This document shows, piece by piece, positions 13,201 to 24,888 of a stretch of 64,000 nucleotides of DNA. The stretch is from Mytilus trossulus (Eukaryota): NCBI RefSeq assembly GCF_036588685.1, contig NC_086374.1:96348001-96412000 (forward strand). The letters are read 5' to 3'. Each line of letters starts with the position of its first letter. The first letter of the stretch is position 1. The position numbers and the translations under genes were made by a program. Under the pieces are notes generated by a model. That model made no database searches. It was not told where the DNA came from and saw only the letters and a list, made by a program, of their open reading frames with translations.

Positions 13201-13502
13201 ACCAAATCATACTATCTAAAGGGGGAACTTACTTTGAACATTGTATTACCAAATAAGTCCTTCCAAAACAAAACCATATCAGCATTCTCACATTCTCCGT
13301 AATCAGAAAACCCGAACGACAACCATTCGTTTGGTCGCAGTTTTCCTTGTATCCGAAACTTCACCAGTTCATCAGCATAATTCACATTCCATAGCAAGTT
13401 AAGTGATTTGTCCATACTTAGAATTGTTTCATAATCAAAATGTTCGGCAAAAATAATAGTATAACATAAAAATATGAAATACACAAATGAAATATATTTC
13501 AT
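1155..13502 (-). CDS. TBH: Tyramine/dopamine beta-hydroxylase (copper type II ascorbate-dependent monooxygenase), complete 12-exon gene, about 570 aa
   Basis: Exons (minus): 13502-13233, 11554-11405, 9972-9808, 9314-9231, 8762-8583, 7927-7825, 6059-5893, 5600-5418, 4966-4907, 3218-3091, 2413-2260, 1223-1155. All introns are GT-AG with consistent phases. Signal peptide MKYISFVYFIFLCYTIIFA; DOMON domain (WLSFGFSDYG..ADMVLFW, RKFDTCD); CuH ligands LVHHMELFHC and EVHYNNP; CuM ligands SQLHTH and EEMCVNYIHYYP; DNHYSPHFQEIR. Confidence 0.95.
2260..2413 (-). CDS. TBH: TBH/DBH exon 11
   Basis: tttag|RYKDNTSS...ENYQSIKWS...APLSMQCNRSDGTRFP|gtgagt. Confidence 0.93.
3091..3218 (-). CDS. TBH: TBH/DBH exon 10 (CuM Met)
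   Basis: tttag|GGFSIKEEMCVNYIHYYPAVDLEVCKSSVD...FMN(K)|gtaaga; ends phase 2. Confidence 0.95.
4216..4425. repeat. Abundant dispersed (SINE/retroelement-tail-like) repeat
   Basis: gtggagcaggatctgcttacccttccggagcacctgag...gactgtccctttggt..tcgtccctctttt; the same 3' block recurs at about 915-985, 9363-9432 (reverse) and 57775-57915. Confidence 0.7.
4907..4966 (-). CDS. TBH: TBH/DBH exon 9
   Basis: tttag|GDSLITTCEDSTLDRENITL|gtaagc; 60 nt. Confidence 0.92.
5418..5600 (-). CDS. TBH: TBH/DBH exon 8 (CuM HxH)
   Basis: tacag|ALPRTGIHIYASQLHTHMTGKRV...NRDNHYSPHFQEIRRLQEPVVVLP|gtaggt. Confidence 0.95.
5893..6059 (-). CDS. TBH: TBH/DBH exon 7
   Basis: tacag|(G)MKDSSGIRLYVTSKLRKFDSGIMELGLEYTNKMAIPP...GYCIADCTRT|gtgaga. 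Confidence 0.95.
7145..7612 (-). mobile_element. Helentron/pearl-like MITE with two internal ~165-bp tandem units and a (TTCG)n microsatellite
   Basis: Reverse-orientation relative of 15745-16116; terminal hairpin (atgctccacctac..gtagaggggcat); internal duplication caggttaaagtttttggtcaaagtagttttt. Confidence 0.7.
7753..7874. repeat. 62-bp tandem duplication of the 3' end of TBH exon 6 plus its donor site
   Basis: ttac(t/a)gttaccttgggtcagctgtgggttattata(a/g)tgtacctctagcaacacaaatcta occurs twice, period 62. Confidence 0.95.
7825..7927 (-). CDS. TBH: TBH/DBH exon 6
   Basis: tgtag|SVTLPEEAGTPVGGDGWSRFVLLEVHYNNPQLTQ(G)|gtaact; 103 nt, ends phase 1. Confidence 0.92.
8583..8762 (-). CDS. TBH: TBH/DBH exon 5 (CuH His-His)
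   Basis: cgtag|YEGIIEKGHEHLVHHMELFHCE...CRKVIGAWAMGAS|gtaagt; 180 nt. Confidence 0.95.
9231..9314 (-). CDS. TBH: TBH/DBH exon 4
   Basis: tatag|ITVPSTDTTYWWYLTKLPDFKRKHHIIK|gtaaca; 84 nt. Confidence 0.92.
9808..9972 (-). CDS. TBH: TBH/DBH exon 3
   Basis: aacag|NGTTHIIFF...GLQRVQILKPDIPDVNMPDD...NQE|gtatgt; 165 nt. Confidence 0.93.
10847..10997. mobile_element. Short GC-rich MITE (TIR about CAGGGGCGGATCCAG)
   Basis: cattggcgaatcca...ctggatccgcccctg; close relative at 40017-40171 and a similar one at 49443-49597. Confidence 0.65.
11405..11554 (-). CDS. TBH: TBH/DBH exon 2
   Basis: tttag|DAHTDNKGYIHIDQNQNY...FIRKFDTCDGDDYKLD|gtaagt; 150 nt. Confidence 0.93.
12199..13278. repeat. 72-bp minisatellite, 15 copies, made of the TBH exon-1 3' end plus the 5' splice site
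   Basis: Unit tcatactatctaaagggggaacttactttgaacattgtattaccaaataagtccttccaaaacaaaaccaaa starts at 12199+72n (n=0-14); the last unit overlaps the real exon. Confidence 0.97.
13233..13502 (-). CDS. TBH: TBH/DBH coding exon 1 (signal peptide and DOMON N-terminal part)
   Basis: MKYISF...ADMVLFWKDLFGNTMFK followed by donor GTAAGT; 270 nt, phase 0. Confidence 0.9.
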
Positions 13503-15744
13503 TTTGCTGCTCTTTGAATCAGTAAGCACGATATGCTTGTTATAGTAACGAACTATATTTCTTCTTTTATATGTTCCTTAAAGATTCCTCTTGAGAAAGG
13601 CTTGAAGAACTAAGTAATTCTACATCGACATTTTTTTTATTCAACGAAATTTGGCGTATTTTCTTATCTGTAATATATGTAGGTTGTAATCGAATTATTA
13701 ATGCTTCCTTTAGACGCCAGGGATATTTAAATTATCGCTCTAAGATAAAAACAAATTTCAAATTAGATTCTTAATTACTATTCTTTAGTGTAAATTTAGA
13801 GCCATCAATTAGAAAAATATTTTTATCTAGTTATTCTTGTCTAATTTCATTTCATGCAAAAGGAATGAAGATGTACATTTCTCGTTGGTCATTACCCTCT
13901 CCCAGACAATGGAAGCGAGCTTGACAGGTGCTTCCCAAATTGATTCCGGATATTAAATGAGTGTCGACAAAATGAATATTTCTTTATTTCTTTATTCAGT
14001 TAAAGATAGCTCTGAATTAATTTGTAGTTATTGATGCAATGTTTTGTTGTCGAAAATTTAATCAAGTGTTTACAAAAAAATGAGTTTCGTGACAAGTTTT
14101 CGTTCAATTACCGCTTAAGTAATTGATGACATTTGATTTCTTGTATATTGCTGTATTTGTTGATTTTCGTGTATTACGCATTCATTACATGCTTTCTGGC
14201 ATGTTAAACATATTAGGATTGGTCTGGAATTATATTTGATAGACACATATAGAAAGAACATTCGGTAAAACAAACTGCTGCGTTCTTTTCTGTATTTTAT
14301 TGCACCGAAAGAGAAAAAAGGGAGGAACAACTCAGATAATGCACTGCAGCAATAACTAAATTGATTCCACAAGGTTATGTTGAGACCAGATATGTGTAGT
14401 TGATTAAAAATCAATGGCTGTTTAAAGCTGTTCAAAAAACCAAAGGCACATCCAACGGCTTCGGAAAGAAAAAAATAAAATGCCAGCACGTAAAACAAAA
14501 CGAGACCGGTTGTAACCTCGATTGAGTTATTCAATAGTGATCAATCTTCCCTTCAAAATGTGAACGGATTTTCAGTTAATCTTTCAGATATTCTTCATTA
14601 TAGACTAATACTACTGCAAAGTACAAAGCAAACAAAAACAAGGAAGACAGATTGAAAATCATATGATTCCCTTATTTGCCAAATCAATCACAATGAAGAC
14701 TGTCTCCCTCATCAACGAACCATCCGCCCATTTTCTGGCATACTACCCAGAATTCACTTAATCGGAGAAAATCCTTTTTAAGATCAACTGCATCTCTTGC
14801 ATAATATGGTGAATTACAATCGTGACAATCACCAGCCAAATCATTTGCCTAAAATGTACATATTATCTGCAAAAATTAGTCAAAATTATGGCATTCTATC
14901 GGCACTATTTTTTTAATTTGATGTTGCGGCTTTATACACATGATTCTTTTTACAGTTTTTTTTTCAAATTTTTAATGTGCAATGACTGTATCAGATTTTT
15001 CGGAGTGATTATTTGACTTATATTATATTTCTAGATTGTTACAAATACTGCACAATGAAGAAATCTCCGGTGTAAAATAGCAAGAATATTTCAAAGTTGC
15101 TATAGATCACAAAACCAAAATCAAAAACAAAAAGCTTACTAAGGAAAGTCAAAAAATCATAAGAAGCAACTTCCAGGTCGACTGTATAATAATTAGTAAA
15201 AATTAGTGTTGTCAACGGTTAACCGGTTAATCGGTTAATCGATCGAACGACCGAATACCGAATACTCAAAACGCTAACCGGTTAACCGGATTTTTTTAAA
15301 TTACGATAGATTTGATATAAATTTGTGTTGAAAATCAAATCATTAAATAGTTATGTTTTATTTTAAAATTGTCGTCGTCGTAATTAGTTTGACAGATCAA
15401 TTGTCCAGTATATTGATTGCTATTGTTAATCCTAAAAACATAAACATTAATTAGAGTTCGGGGCAGGATATTTAAGAAACATAATTAGTAAACATGTTTT
15501 TTTAACAGTAACTTTAAATCGGTAAAGAGATTTAATTTGACAAATTACTTCATTACTTCGTTTTCGATCTAATATTGTGAAAACCTACATTTAAATGTGC
15601 AACCTCCGTAGTGCAAGGGTTAGTCTTACTTTAAATTAAAAAATTGCGAAATGCAAACCAATGTGAATGTACTCAATGTATACGTGAAAGTACGAGAAAC
15701 ATACTTAAAGAAAAAAGCAAAAACAGTGATCAAACAGGTTACTA

Positions 15745-15978
15745 ACAAGAATGTGTCCACAGTACACGAATGCCCCACTCGCAGTATCATTTTCTATGTT
15801 CAATGGACCGTGAAATTGGGGTAAACACTCTAATTTGGTATTACAATTTGAAAGATCATATCATAGGGAACATGTGCACAAAGTTTGAAGTTGATTGGAC
15901 TTCAACTTCATCAAACACTACCTCGACCAAAAAATTTAACCTGACATGGGACAGACGGACGAACAGACAGAAGAACGA

Positions 15979-16056
<78 letters not shown>

Positions 16057-16116
16057 GAACGGACGCACAGACCAGAAAACATAATGCCCCTACTACTATC
16101 GTAGACGGGGCATAAA
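15745..16116 (+). mobile_element. Helentron/pearl-like MITE with (GACA)n microsatellite
   Basis: Starts aacaagaatgtgtcc..atgcccc; (acag)n at about 15978-16035; 3' hairpin atgcccctactac..gtagacggggcat then aaaaa. Partial copy at about 25890-26030. Confidence 0.75.
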
Positions 16117-16487
16117 AATTGACAGAACAATTTATCATTCTGCAATTTTGACAAACTTATCATAAATTCACTACTGGTATCTGAATTACAAAGTGAATTA
16201 ATACTTAACGTAGTTTCATTAAAAAGAACAAATCATATGACAAACAAACTTCCCAGACAAAATATACAAAAATAAAAATATCTAATATGATTGTTATTGT
16301 ACGTTATTAACTATGCTTTTGAGACCAGGTGCGTGTTATTGTGTTCTTCAGTAGTGAGAAAAGTGAGGTCCATTTCTGTTGTTTTTTGTTTTGTTTTGTT
16401 TTTTGCATTCGGAGGATCTACCTCTTCTTTTAAATTATGTGGTTTATACGCAGGGGCACATCACAAACATGTCGTCATTTAGTATTG

Positions 16488-19400
16488 CAGCCTCAGAACA
16501 TTCCTGTCAGGAAGATAAAACCTCAGAACATTCCTGTAGGGAAGATAAAGCCTTATAACATTCCTGTAGGAAGGATAAAGCATCAGAAAATTGCTGTCGG
16601 GAAAATAAAGCCTCAGAACATTGCTGTAGGGAAGATATAAAGCCTCAGAACATTCCTGTAGGGAAGATAAAGCCTTATAACATTCCTGTAGGGAAGATAT
16701 AAAGCCTCAGAACATTCCTGTAGGGAAGATAAATATCAGAACATTCCTGTAGGGAAGATAAAGCCCCAGAACATTCCTGTAGGGACGATATAAAGCCTCA
16801 GATCATTCCTGTAGGGAAGATAAATATCAGAACATTCCTGTAGGGAAGATAAAGCCCCAGAACATTCCTGTAGTGACGATAAAGCCCCAGAACATTCCTG
16901 TAGGTAGAGATAAAGCCTCAGAACATTCCTGTAGTGAAGATAAATCATCGAAACATTCCTGTAAGGAAGGTAAAGCCTCAGAACATTCCTGTAGGGACGA
17001 TAAAGCCCAAGAACATTCCTGTAGGGACGATCAATCCCCAGAACATTCCTGTAGGGAAGATAAAGCCTCGGAACATTCCTGTAGGGAAAATAAAACATCA
17101 AAACATTCCTGTAGAGACGATTTAGCCTGAAAACATTCCTGTAGGAAAGATAAAGCCTCAGAACATTCCTGTAGGGAAGATATAAAGCCTCAGAACATTC
17201 CTGTAGAGTAGATAAAGCATCAGAACACTCCTGAAAGGAAGATAAAGCCTCGGAATATGCCTGTAGGGAAAATAAAACATCAGAACATTCCTGTAGGGAA
17301 GATAAAACATCAGAACATTCCTGTAGGGAGGATAAAGTCGTAAATTATTCCTTTAGGGAAGATAAAGCCTCAGAACATTCCTGTAGGGACGATAAAGCCC
17401 CAGAACATTCCTGTAGGGACGATAAATCCCAAGAACATTCCTGTAGGGAAGATAAAGCCTCGGAACATTCCTGTAGGGAAAATAAAACATTAGAACATTC
17501 CTGTAGAGAAGATTTAGCCTGAAAACATTCCTGTAGGAAAGATAAAGCCTCAGAACATTCCAGTAGGGAAGATATAAAGCCTCAGAACATTCCTGTAGAG
17601 AAGATAAAGCATCAGAACATTCCTGTAAGGAAGATAAAGCCTCCGAACATGCCTGTAGTGAAAATAAAACATCAGAACATTCCTGTAGGGAAGATAAAAC
17701 ATCAGAACATTCCTGTAGGGAGGATAAAGTCGTATATTATTCCTTTAGGGAAGATAAAGCCTCAGAACATTCCTGTAGGGACGATAAAGCCCCAGAACAT
17801 TCCTGTAGGGACGATAAATCCCCAGAACATTCCTGTACGGAAAATAAAACATCAGAACATTCCTGTAGAGAAGATTTAGCCTGAAAACATTCCTGTAGGA
17901 AAGATAAAGCCTCCGAACATTCCTGTAGGGAAGATATAAAGCCTCAGAACATTCCTGTAGAGAAGATAAAGCATCAGAACATTCCTGTAAGGAAGATAAA
18001 GCCTCGGAACATTCCTGTAGGGAAAATAAAACATGAGAACAACATTCCTGTAGGGAAAATAAAACATCAGAACATTCCTGTAGGGAGGATAAAGTCGTAA
18101 AATATTCCTTTAGGGAAGATAAAGCCTCAGAACATTCCTGTAGGGAAGATAAAGCCACAGAACATTCCTGAAGGGAAGATATAAAGCCTCAGAACATTCC
18201 TGTTGGGATGATAAAGCCTCAGAACATTCCTGTAGGGAAGATAAAGCCGCAGAACATTCCTGTAGGGAAGACATAAAGCCTCAGAACATTCCTGTTGGGA
18301 AGATAAAGCCTCAGAACATTCCTGTAGGAAAAATAAAGCCTCAGAACATTCCTGTAGGGAAGATAAAGCCCCAGAACTCTCCTGTTAGGAAGATAACGCC
18401 TCAGAACATTGCTGTAGGGGAGATAAAGCCCCAGAACATTCCTGTCGGGAGGATAAAGCCTCAGAACATTCATGTAGTGAAGAAAAAGCCCCAGAACATT
18501 TCTGTAGGGAAGAAAAAGCCCCAGAACATTGCTGTAGGGAAGATAAAGCCCCAAAACATTCATGTAGGGAAGATAAAGCCCCAGAACATTCCTGTAGGGA
18601 AGATAAAGCATCAGATCACTCCTATAGGGAAAATAAAGCCTCAGAACATTCCTGTAGGGAAGATAAAGCCTCAGAACATTCCTGAAGGGAAGATAAAGCC
18701 CTAGAACATTCCTGTATGGAAGATACAACATCAGAACATTCATGTAGGTAAGATTAAACCTCAGAACATTCCTGTAGAGAAGATAAAGCCTCAGAACATC
18801 CTGTAGGGAAAATAAAGCCTCCGAAAATTCCTGTAAGGAAGATATAAAGACTCAGAACATTCCTGTAGGGAAGATAAAGCCTCAGAACATTTCAGTAGGG
18901 AAGATAAAACATCAGAACATTGCTGTGGGGAAGATAAAGCCTCAAAACATTCCTGTAGGGAAGATAAAGCCCGAGAACATTCCTGTAGGGAAGATAAAGC
19001 CTCAGAACATTCCTGTAGGGAAGATATTAAGCCTCAGAACATTCCTGTAGTGAAGATAAAGCCTCAGAACATTCCTGTAGGGAAAAAAACATCAGAACAT
19101 GCCTCTAGGGAAGATAAAACATCAGAACATTCCTGTAAAGACGATAAAGCCTCAGAACATTTTTGTAGGGAAGATAAAACATCAGAACATGCATGTAGAG
19201 AAGATAAAGCCTCAGAACATCCTGTATAGAAAATAAAGCCTCCGAAAATACCTGTAAGGAAGATATAAAGACTCAGAACATTCCTGTAGGGAAGATAAAG
19301 CCTCAGAACATTTCTGTAGGGAAGATAAAACATCAGAACATTGCTGTAGGGAAGATAAAGCCTCAAAACATTCCTCTAGGGAAGATAAAGCCCCAGAACA

Positions 19401-22400
19401 TTCCTGTAGGGAAGATAAAGCCTCAGAACATTCCTGTAGGGAAGATATTAAGCCTCAGAACATTCCTGTAGTGAAGATAAAGCCTCAGAACATTCCTGTA
19501 GGGAAGAAAAACATCAGAACATGCCTCTAGGGAAGATAAAACATCAGAACATTTCTGTAGGGAAGATATTAAGCCTCAGAACATTCCTGTAGTGAAGATA
19601 AAACCTCAGAACATTCCTATAGGGTAGTAAAACATCAGAACATGCCTCTAGGGAAGATAAAACATCAGAACATTCCTGTAGGGACGATAAAGCCTCAGAA
19701 TATTCTTGTAGGGAAGATTAAACATCAGAACATGCCTGTAGGGAAGATAAATCACCAGAACATTCCTGTAGGGAAGATTAAGCCATAGAACATTCCTGTA
19801 GGGAGGATACAGCCTCAAAACATTCCTGTAGTGAAGGTAAAGCATCAGAACATTCCTGTAGGAAAAATAAAGCCTCAGAACATTGCTGTAGGGAAGATAA
19901 AGCATCAGAACATTCCTGTAGGGCAGATAAAGCCCCAGAACATTCTTGTAGGGAAGATAAAGCCCCAGACCAATCCTGTAGTGAAGATCAAGCCCCAAAA
20001 CATTCCTGTAGGGAAGATAAAGCCTCAGAACATTCCAGTAGGGAAGATAAATATCAGAACATTCCTGTAGGGAAGATAAAGTCCAAGAACATTCCTGTAG
20101 TGAAGATAAAGCCCCAGAACATTCCTGTAGGGAAGATAAAGCCTCAGAACATTCCTGTAGTGAAGATAAAGCATCAGAACATTTCTGTAAGGAAGGTAAA
20201 GCCTCAGAATATTCCTGTAGGGACAATAAAGCCCCAGAACATTACTGTAGGGAAGATAAAGCCTCGGAACATACCTGTAGGGAAAATAAATAATCAAAAC
20301 ATTCCTGTAGAGAAGATTTAGCCTGAAAACATTCCTGTAGGAAAGATAAAGCCTCAGAACATTCCTGTAGGGAGATATAAAGCCTCAGAACATTCATGTT
20401 GAGAAGATAAAGCATCAGAACATTCCTTTAAGGAAGATAAAGCCTCGGAACATGCCTGTAGTGAAAATAAAACATCAGAACATTCCTGTAGGGAGGATAA
20501 AGTCGTATATTATTCCTTTAGGGAAGATAAAGCCTCAGAACATTCCTGTAGGGACGATAAAGCCCAAGAACATTCCTGTAGGGACGATAAATCCCCAGAA
20601 CATTCCTGTACGGAAAATAAAACATCAGAACATTCCTGTACGGAAAATAAAACATCAGAACATTCCTGTAGAGAAGATTTAGCCTGAAAACATTCCTGTA
20701 GGAAAGATAAAGCCTCCGAACATTCCTGTAGGGAAGATATAAAGCCTCAGAACATTCCTGTAGAGAAGATAAAGCATCAGAACATTCCTGTAAGGAAGAT
20801 AAAGCCTCGGAACATTCCTGTAGGGAAAATAAAACATGAGAACAACATTCCTGTAGGGAAAATAAAACATCAGAACATTCCTGTAGGGAGGATAAAGTTG
20901 AAAATATTCCTTTAGGGAAGATAAAGCCTCAGAACATTCCTGTAAAGAAGATAAAGCCACAGAACATTCCTGTAGGGAAGATATAAAGCCTCAGAACATT
21001 CCTGTTGGGATGATAAAGCCTCAGAACATTCCTGTAGGGAAGATAAAGCCGCAGAACATTCCTGTAGGGAAGACATAAAGCCTCAGAACATTCCTGTTGG
21101 GAAGATTAAGCCTCAGAACATTCCTGTAGGAAAAATAAAGCCTCAGAACATTGCTGTAGGGAAGATAAAGCCCCAGAACTCTCCTGTTAGGAAGATAACG
21201 CCTCAGAACATTGCTGTAGGGGAGATAAAGCCCCAGAACATTCCTGTCGGGAGGATAAAGCCTCAGAACATTCATGTAGTGAAGAAAAAGCCCCAGAACA
21301 TTTCTGTAGGGAAGAAAAAGCCCCAGAACATTGCTGTAGGGAAGATAAAGCCCCAAAACATTCATGTAGGGAAGATAAAGCCCCAGAACATTCCTGTAGG
21401 GAAGATAAAGCATCAGATCATTCCTATAGGGAAAATAAAGCCTCAGAACATTCCTGTTGGGAAGATAAAGCCTCAGAACATTCCTGAAGGGAAGATAAAG
21501 TCCTAGAACATTCCTGTATGGAAGATACAACATCAGAACATTCCTGTAGGTAAGATTAAACCTCAGAACATTCCTGTAGAGAAGATAAAGCCTCAGAACA
21601 TCCTGTAGGGAAAATAAAGCCTCCGAAAATTCCTGTAAGGAAGATATAAAGACTCAGAACATTCCTGTAGGGAAGATAAAGCCTCAGAACATTTCAGTAG
21701 GGAAGATAAAACATCAGAACATTGCTGTGGGGAAGATAAAGCCTCAAAACATTCCTGTAGGGAAGATAAAGCCCGAGAACATTCCTGTAGGGAAGATAAA
21801 GTCTCAGAACATTCCTGTAAGGAAGATATTAAGCCTCAGAACATTCCTGTAGTGAAGATAAAGCCTCAGAACATTCCTGTAGGGAAGAAAAACATCAGAA
21901 CATGCCTCTAGGGAAGATAAAACATCAGAACATTCCTGTAGGGACGATAAAGCCTCAGAACATTCTTGTAGGGAAGATAAAACATCAGAACATGCATGTA
22001 GAGAAGATAAAGCCTCAGAACATCCTGTAGAGAAAATAAAGCCTCCGAAAATACCTGTAAGGAAGATATAAAGACTCAGAACATTCCTGTAGGGAAGATA
22101 AAGCCTCAGAACATTTCTGTAGGGAAGATAAAACATCAGAACATTGCTGTAGGGAAGATAAAGCCTCAAAACATTCCTCTAGGGAAGATAAAGCCCCAGA
22201 ACATTCCTGTAGGGAAGATAAAGCCTCAGAACATTCCTGTAGGGAAGATATTAAGCCTCAGAACATTCCTGTAGTGAAGATAAAGCCTCAGAACATTCCT
22301 GTAGGGAAGAAAAACATCAGAACATGCCTCTAGGGAAGATAAAACATCAGAACATTTCTGTAGGGAAGATATTAAGCCTCAGAACATTCCTGTAGTGAAG

Positions 22401-24100
22401 ATAAAACATCAGAACATTCCTATAGGGTAGTAAAACATCAGAACATGCCTCTAGGGAAGATAAAACATCAGAACATTCCTGTAGGGACGATAAAGCCTCA
22501 GAATATTCTTGTAGGGAAGATTAAACATCAGAACATGCCTGTAGGGAAGATAAATCATCAGAACATTCCTGTAGGGAAGATAAAGCCATAGAACATTCCT
22601 GTAGGGAAAATAAAGCCATAGAACATTCCTGTAGGGAGGATACAGCCTCAAAACATTCCTGTAGTGAAGGTAAAGCATCAGAACATTCCTGTAGGAAAAA
22701 TTAAGCCTCAGAACATTGCTGTTAGGAAAATAACGCCTCAGAACATTGATGTAGGGGAGATAAAGCCCCAGAACATTCCGGTAGGGAGGATAAAGCCTCA
22801 GAACACTCATGTAGTGAAGATAAAGCCCCAGAACGTTCCTGTAAGGAAGATAAAGCCATAGAACATTCCTGTAGGGAGGATACAACCTCAAAACATTCCT
22901 GTAGTGAAGGTAAAGCATCAGAACATTCCTGTAGGAAAAAATAAAACCTCAGAACATTGCTGTAGGGAAGATAAAGCCTCAGAACTTTCCTGTTAGGAAA
23001 ATAACGCCTCAGAACATTGATGTAGGAGAGATAAAGCCCCAGAACATTCCTGTAGGGAGGATAAAGCCTCAGAACACTCATGTCCAGAACATTCCTGTAG
23101 GGAAGATAAAGCCCCAGAACATTCCTGTAGGTAAGATTAAACCTCAGAACATTCCTGTTGGGAAGATAAAGCCTCAGAACATTCTGTAGTGAAAATAAAG
23201 CCTCAGAACATTCCTGTTAGGAAGATATAAAGACTCATAACATTCCTGTAGGGAAGATAAAGCATCAGAACATTTCTGTAGGGAAGATAAAACATCAGAA
23301 CATTGCTGTAGGGAAGATAAAGCCTCAAAACATTCCTGTAGGGAAGATAAAGCCCCAGAACATTCCTGTAGGGAAGATAAAGCCTCAGAACATTCCTGTA
23401 GGGAAGATATTAAGCCTCAGAACATTCCTGTAGTGAAGATAAAGCCTCAGAACATTCCTGTAGGGAAGAAAAACATCAGAACATGCCTCTAGGGAAGATA
23501 AAACATCAGAACATTCCTGTAGGGAAGATATTAAGCCTCAGAACATTCCTGTAGTGAAGATAAAACATCAGAACATTCCTATAGGGAAGAAAAACATCAG
23601 AACATGCCTCTAGGGAAGATAAAACATCAGAACATTCCTGTAGGGACGATAAAGCCTCAGAACATTCTTGTAGGGAAGATAAAACATCAGAACATGCCTG
23701 TAGGGAAGATAAATCATCAGAACATTCCTGTAGGGAAGATAAAGCCCCAGAACATTCCTGTAAGGAAGATAAAGCCATAGAACATTCCTGTAGGGTGGAT
23801 ACAGCCTCAAAACATTCCTGTAGTGAAGGTAAAGCATCAGAAGATTCCTGTAGGAGAGATAAAGCCTCAGAACATTCCTGTAGGGAAGATGAAGTCCGGA
23901 ACATCCCTGAAGGGAAGATAAAGCCTCAGAACATTCCTGTAGGGAAGATAAAGCCTCAGCAGAACAATACTGTCAGGAAGATAAAGCCTCAGAACATTCC
24001 TGTATGGAAGATAAAGCCTCAGAACATTGCTGTAGGGAAGATAAAGCCTCAGAACATTCCTGTATGGAAGATAAAGCCTCAGAATATTCCTGTAGGGAAG
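16488..24100. repeat. About 7.6-kb satellite, 30-bp unit (32-bp variants), roughly 250 copies, with a ~2.8-kb higher-order duplication
   Basis: Consensus aagcctcagaacattcctgtagggaagata; diagnostic variants recur 2802-2803 bp apart. Confidence 0.97.
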
Positions 24101-24795
24101 ACAAACTTGATAAATATGGACAATAACAGTGAGGGAACGACTATTTGATATTCTGGGGAGGGTTCAGGAAACAGTAGGATTTGTTTACGGATTTATGATT
24201 AATTTTATTAGGTTTTATCAATTCTATTTTCAGCTCTTACCAGGCCAACCATGATATTTATATTTAAAATACTCTATCTACCGTCCCAATCAAAAATAAT
24301 ATCAAATTATTTTCTCCTGATTTTTAACACGATTTTGAATTGATTTGGTGTTTACCGCTTGTTTCTAAGTGACAAATATTACATGCATGTCATGAAAAAG
24401 AACTCGAATCAGAAAGTCATGGAATATAATATAAAAATTTTAAAAATGAGGTAAAGTGCCAATGCGACAACTATATATTGGAGTATAAATTAAGAGGATA
24501 AGGAGTATTATAGGTAACTGTTTGGCCTTCAACAATGATAAAAATCCATCCCGCATAGTCCGCTATTAAAGGACCCGAAATGAAAAAAAAGGGAAACAAT
24601 TGAATCCAAAAAATAACGGCCTTATTATATGTATCTTTCATTAATTTGTAGGATCCTTTACTATAGATAATTTAGCTGATCTGTAACAATAACATATTCA
24701 TGCCTTATATATCATGTACTGTAGTACGCCGCTAGATTAAAACTGACGAGGAAAGGTAACATACGGCCAGCGAAAGCTCTATTATTAGTAGAGAC

Positions 24796-24888
24796 AAGGT
24801 GGTCGTGTGGTCTAGCGTGACGGCTGTAGTGCAGGCGATTTGGTGTCACGATATCACAGTAGCATGGGTTCGAATCCCGGCGAGGGAA
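24796..24888 (+). repeat. tRNA-derived (Pol III A/B-box) segment inside a dispersed repeat; not an intact tRNA
   Basis: A-box-like GTGGTCTAGCG, B-box GGTTCGAATCC, followed by an A-run; no clean acceptor stem. Confidence 0.5.

Noticed and set aside
12226-13302. 358-aa plus-strand ORF with a 24-aa repeat
   Set aside because: Antisense reading of a 72-bp unit that is divisible by 3 and stop-free; TTG start; overlaps the real TBH exon on the other strand.
13503-13529. Upstream start of the TBH exon-1 ORF (MLTDSKSSK)
   Set aside because: GTG start; the ATG at 13502 has good context and begins a signal peptide.
15770-16163. ORFs with QTDR or SVCL repeats
   Set aside because: Translations of the (GACA)n microsatellite in a MITE.
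16437-24148. Decapeptide ORFs (KIKPQNIPVG, LYLPYRNVLR) as a mussel adhesive-type protein
   Set aside because: Frequent 29-, 31- and 32-bp units and stops break every frame; no signal peptide; unlike the AKPSYPPTYK foot-protein repeat.
24796-24888. Functional tRNA gene
   Set aside because: No clean acceptor or anticodon stems; lies within a repeat.
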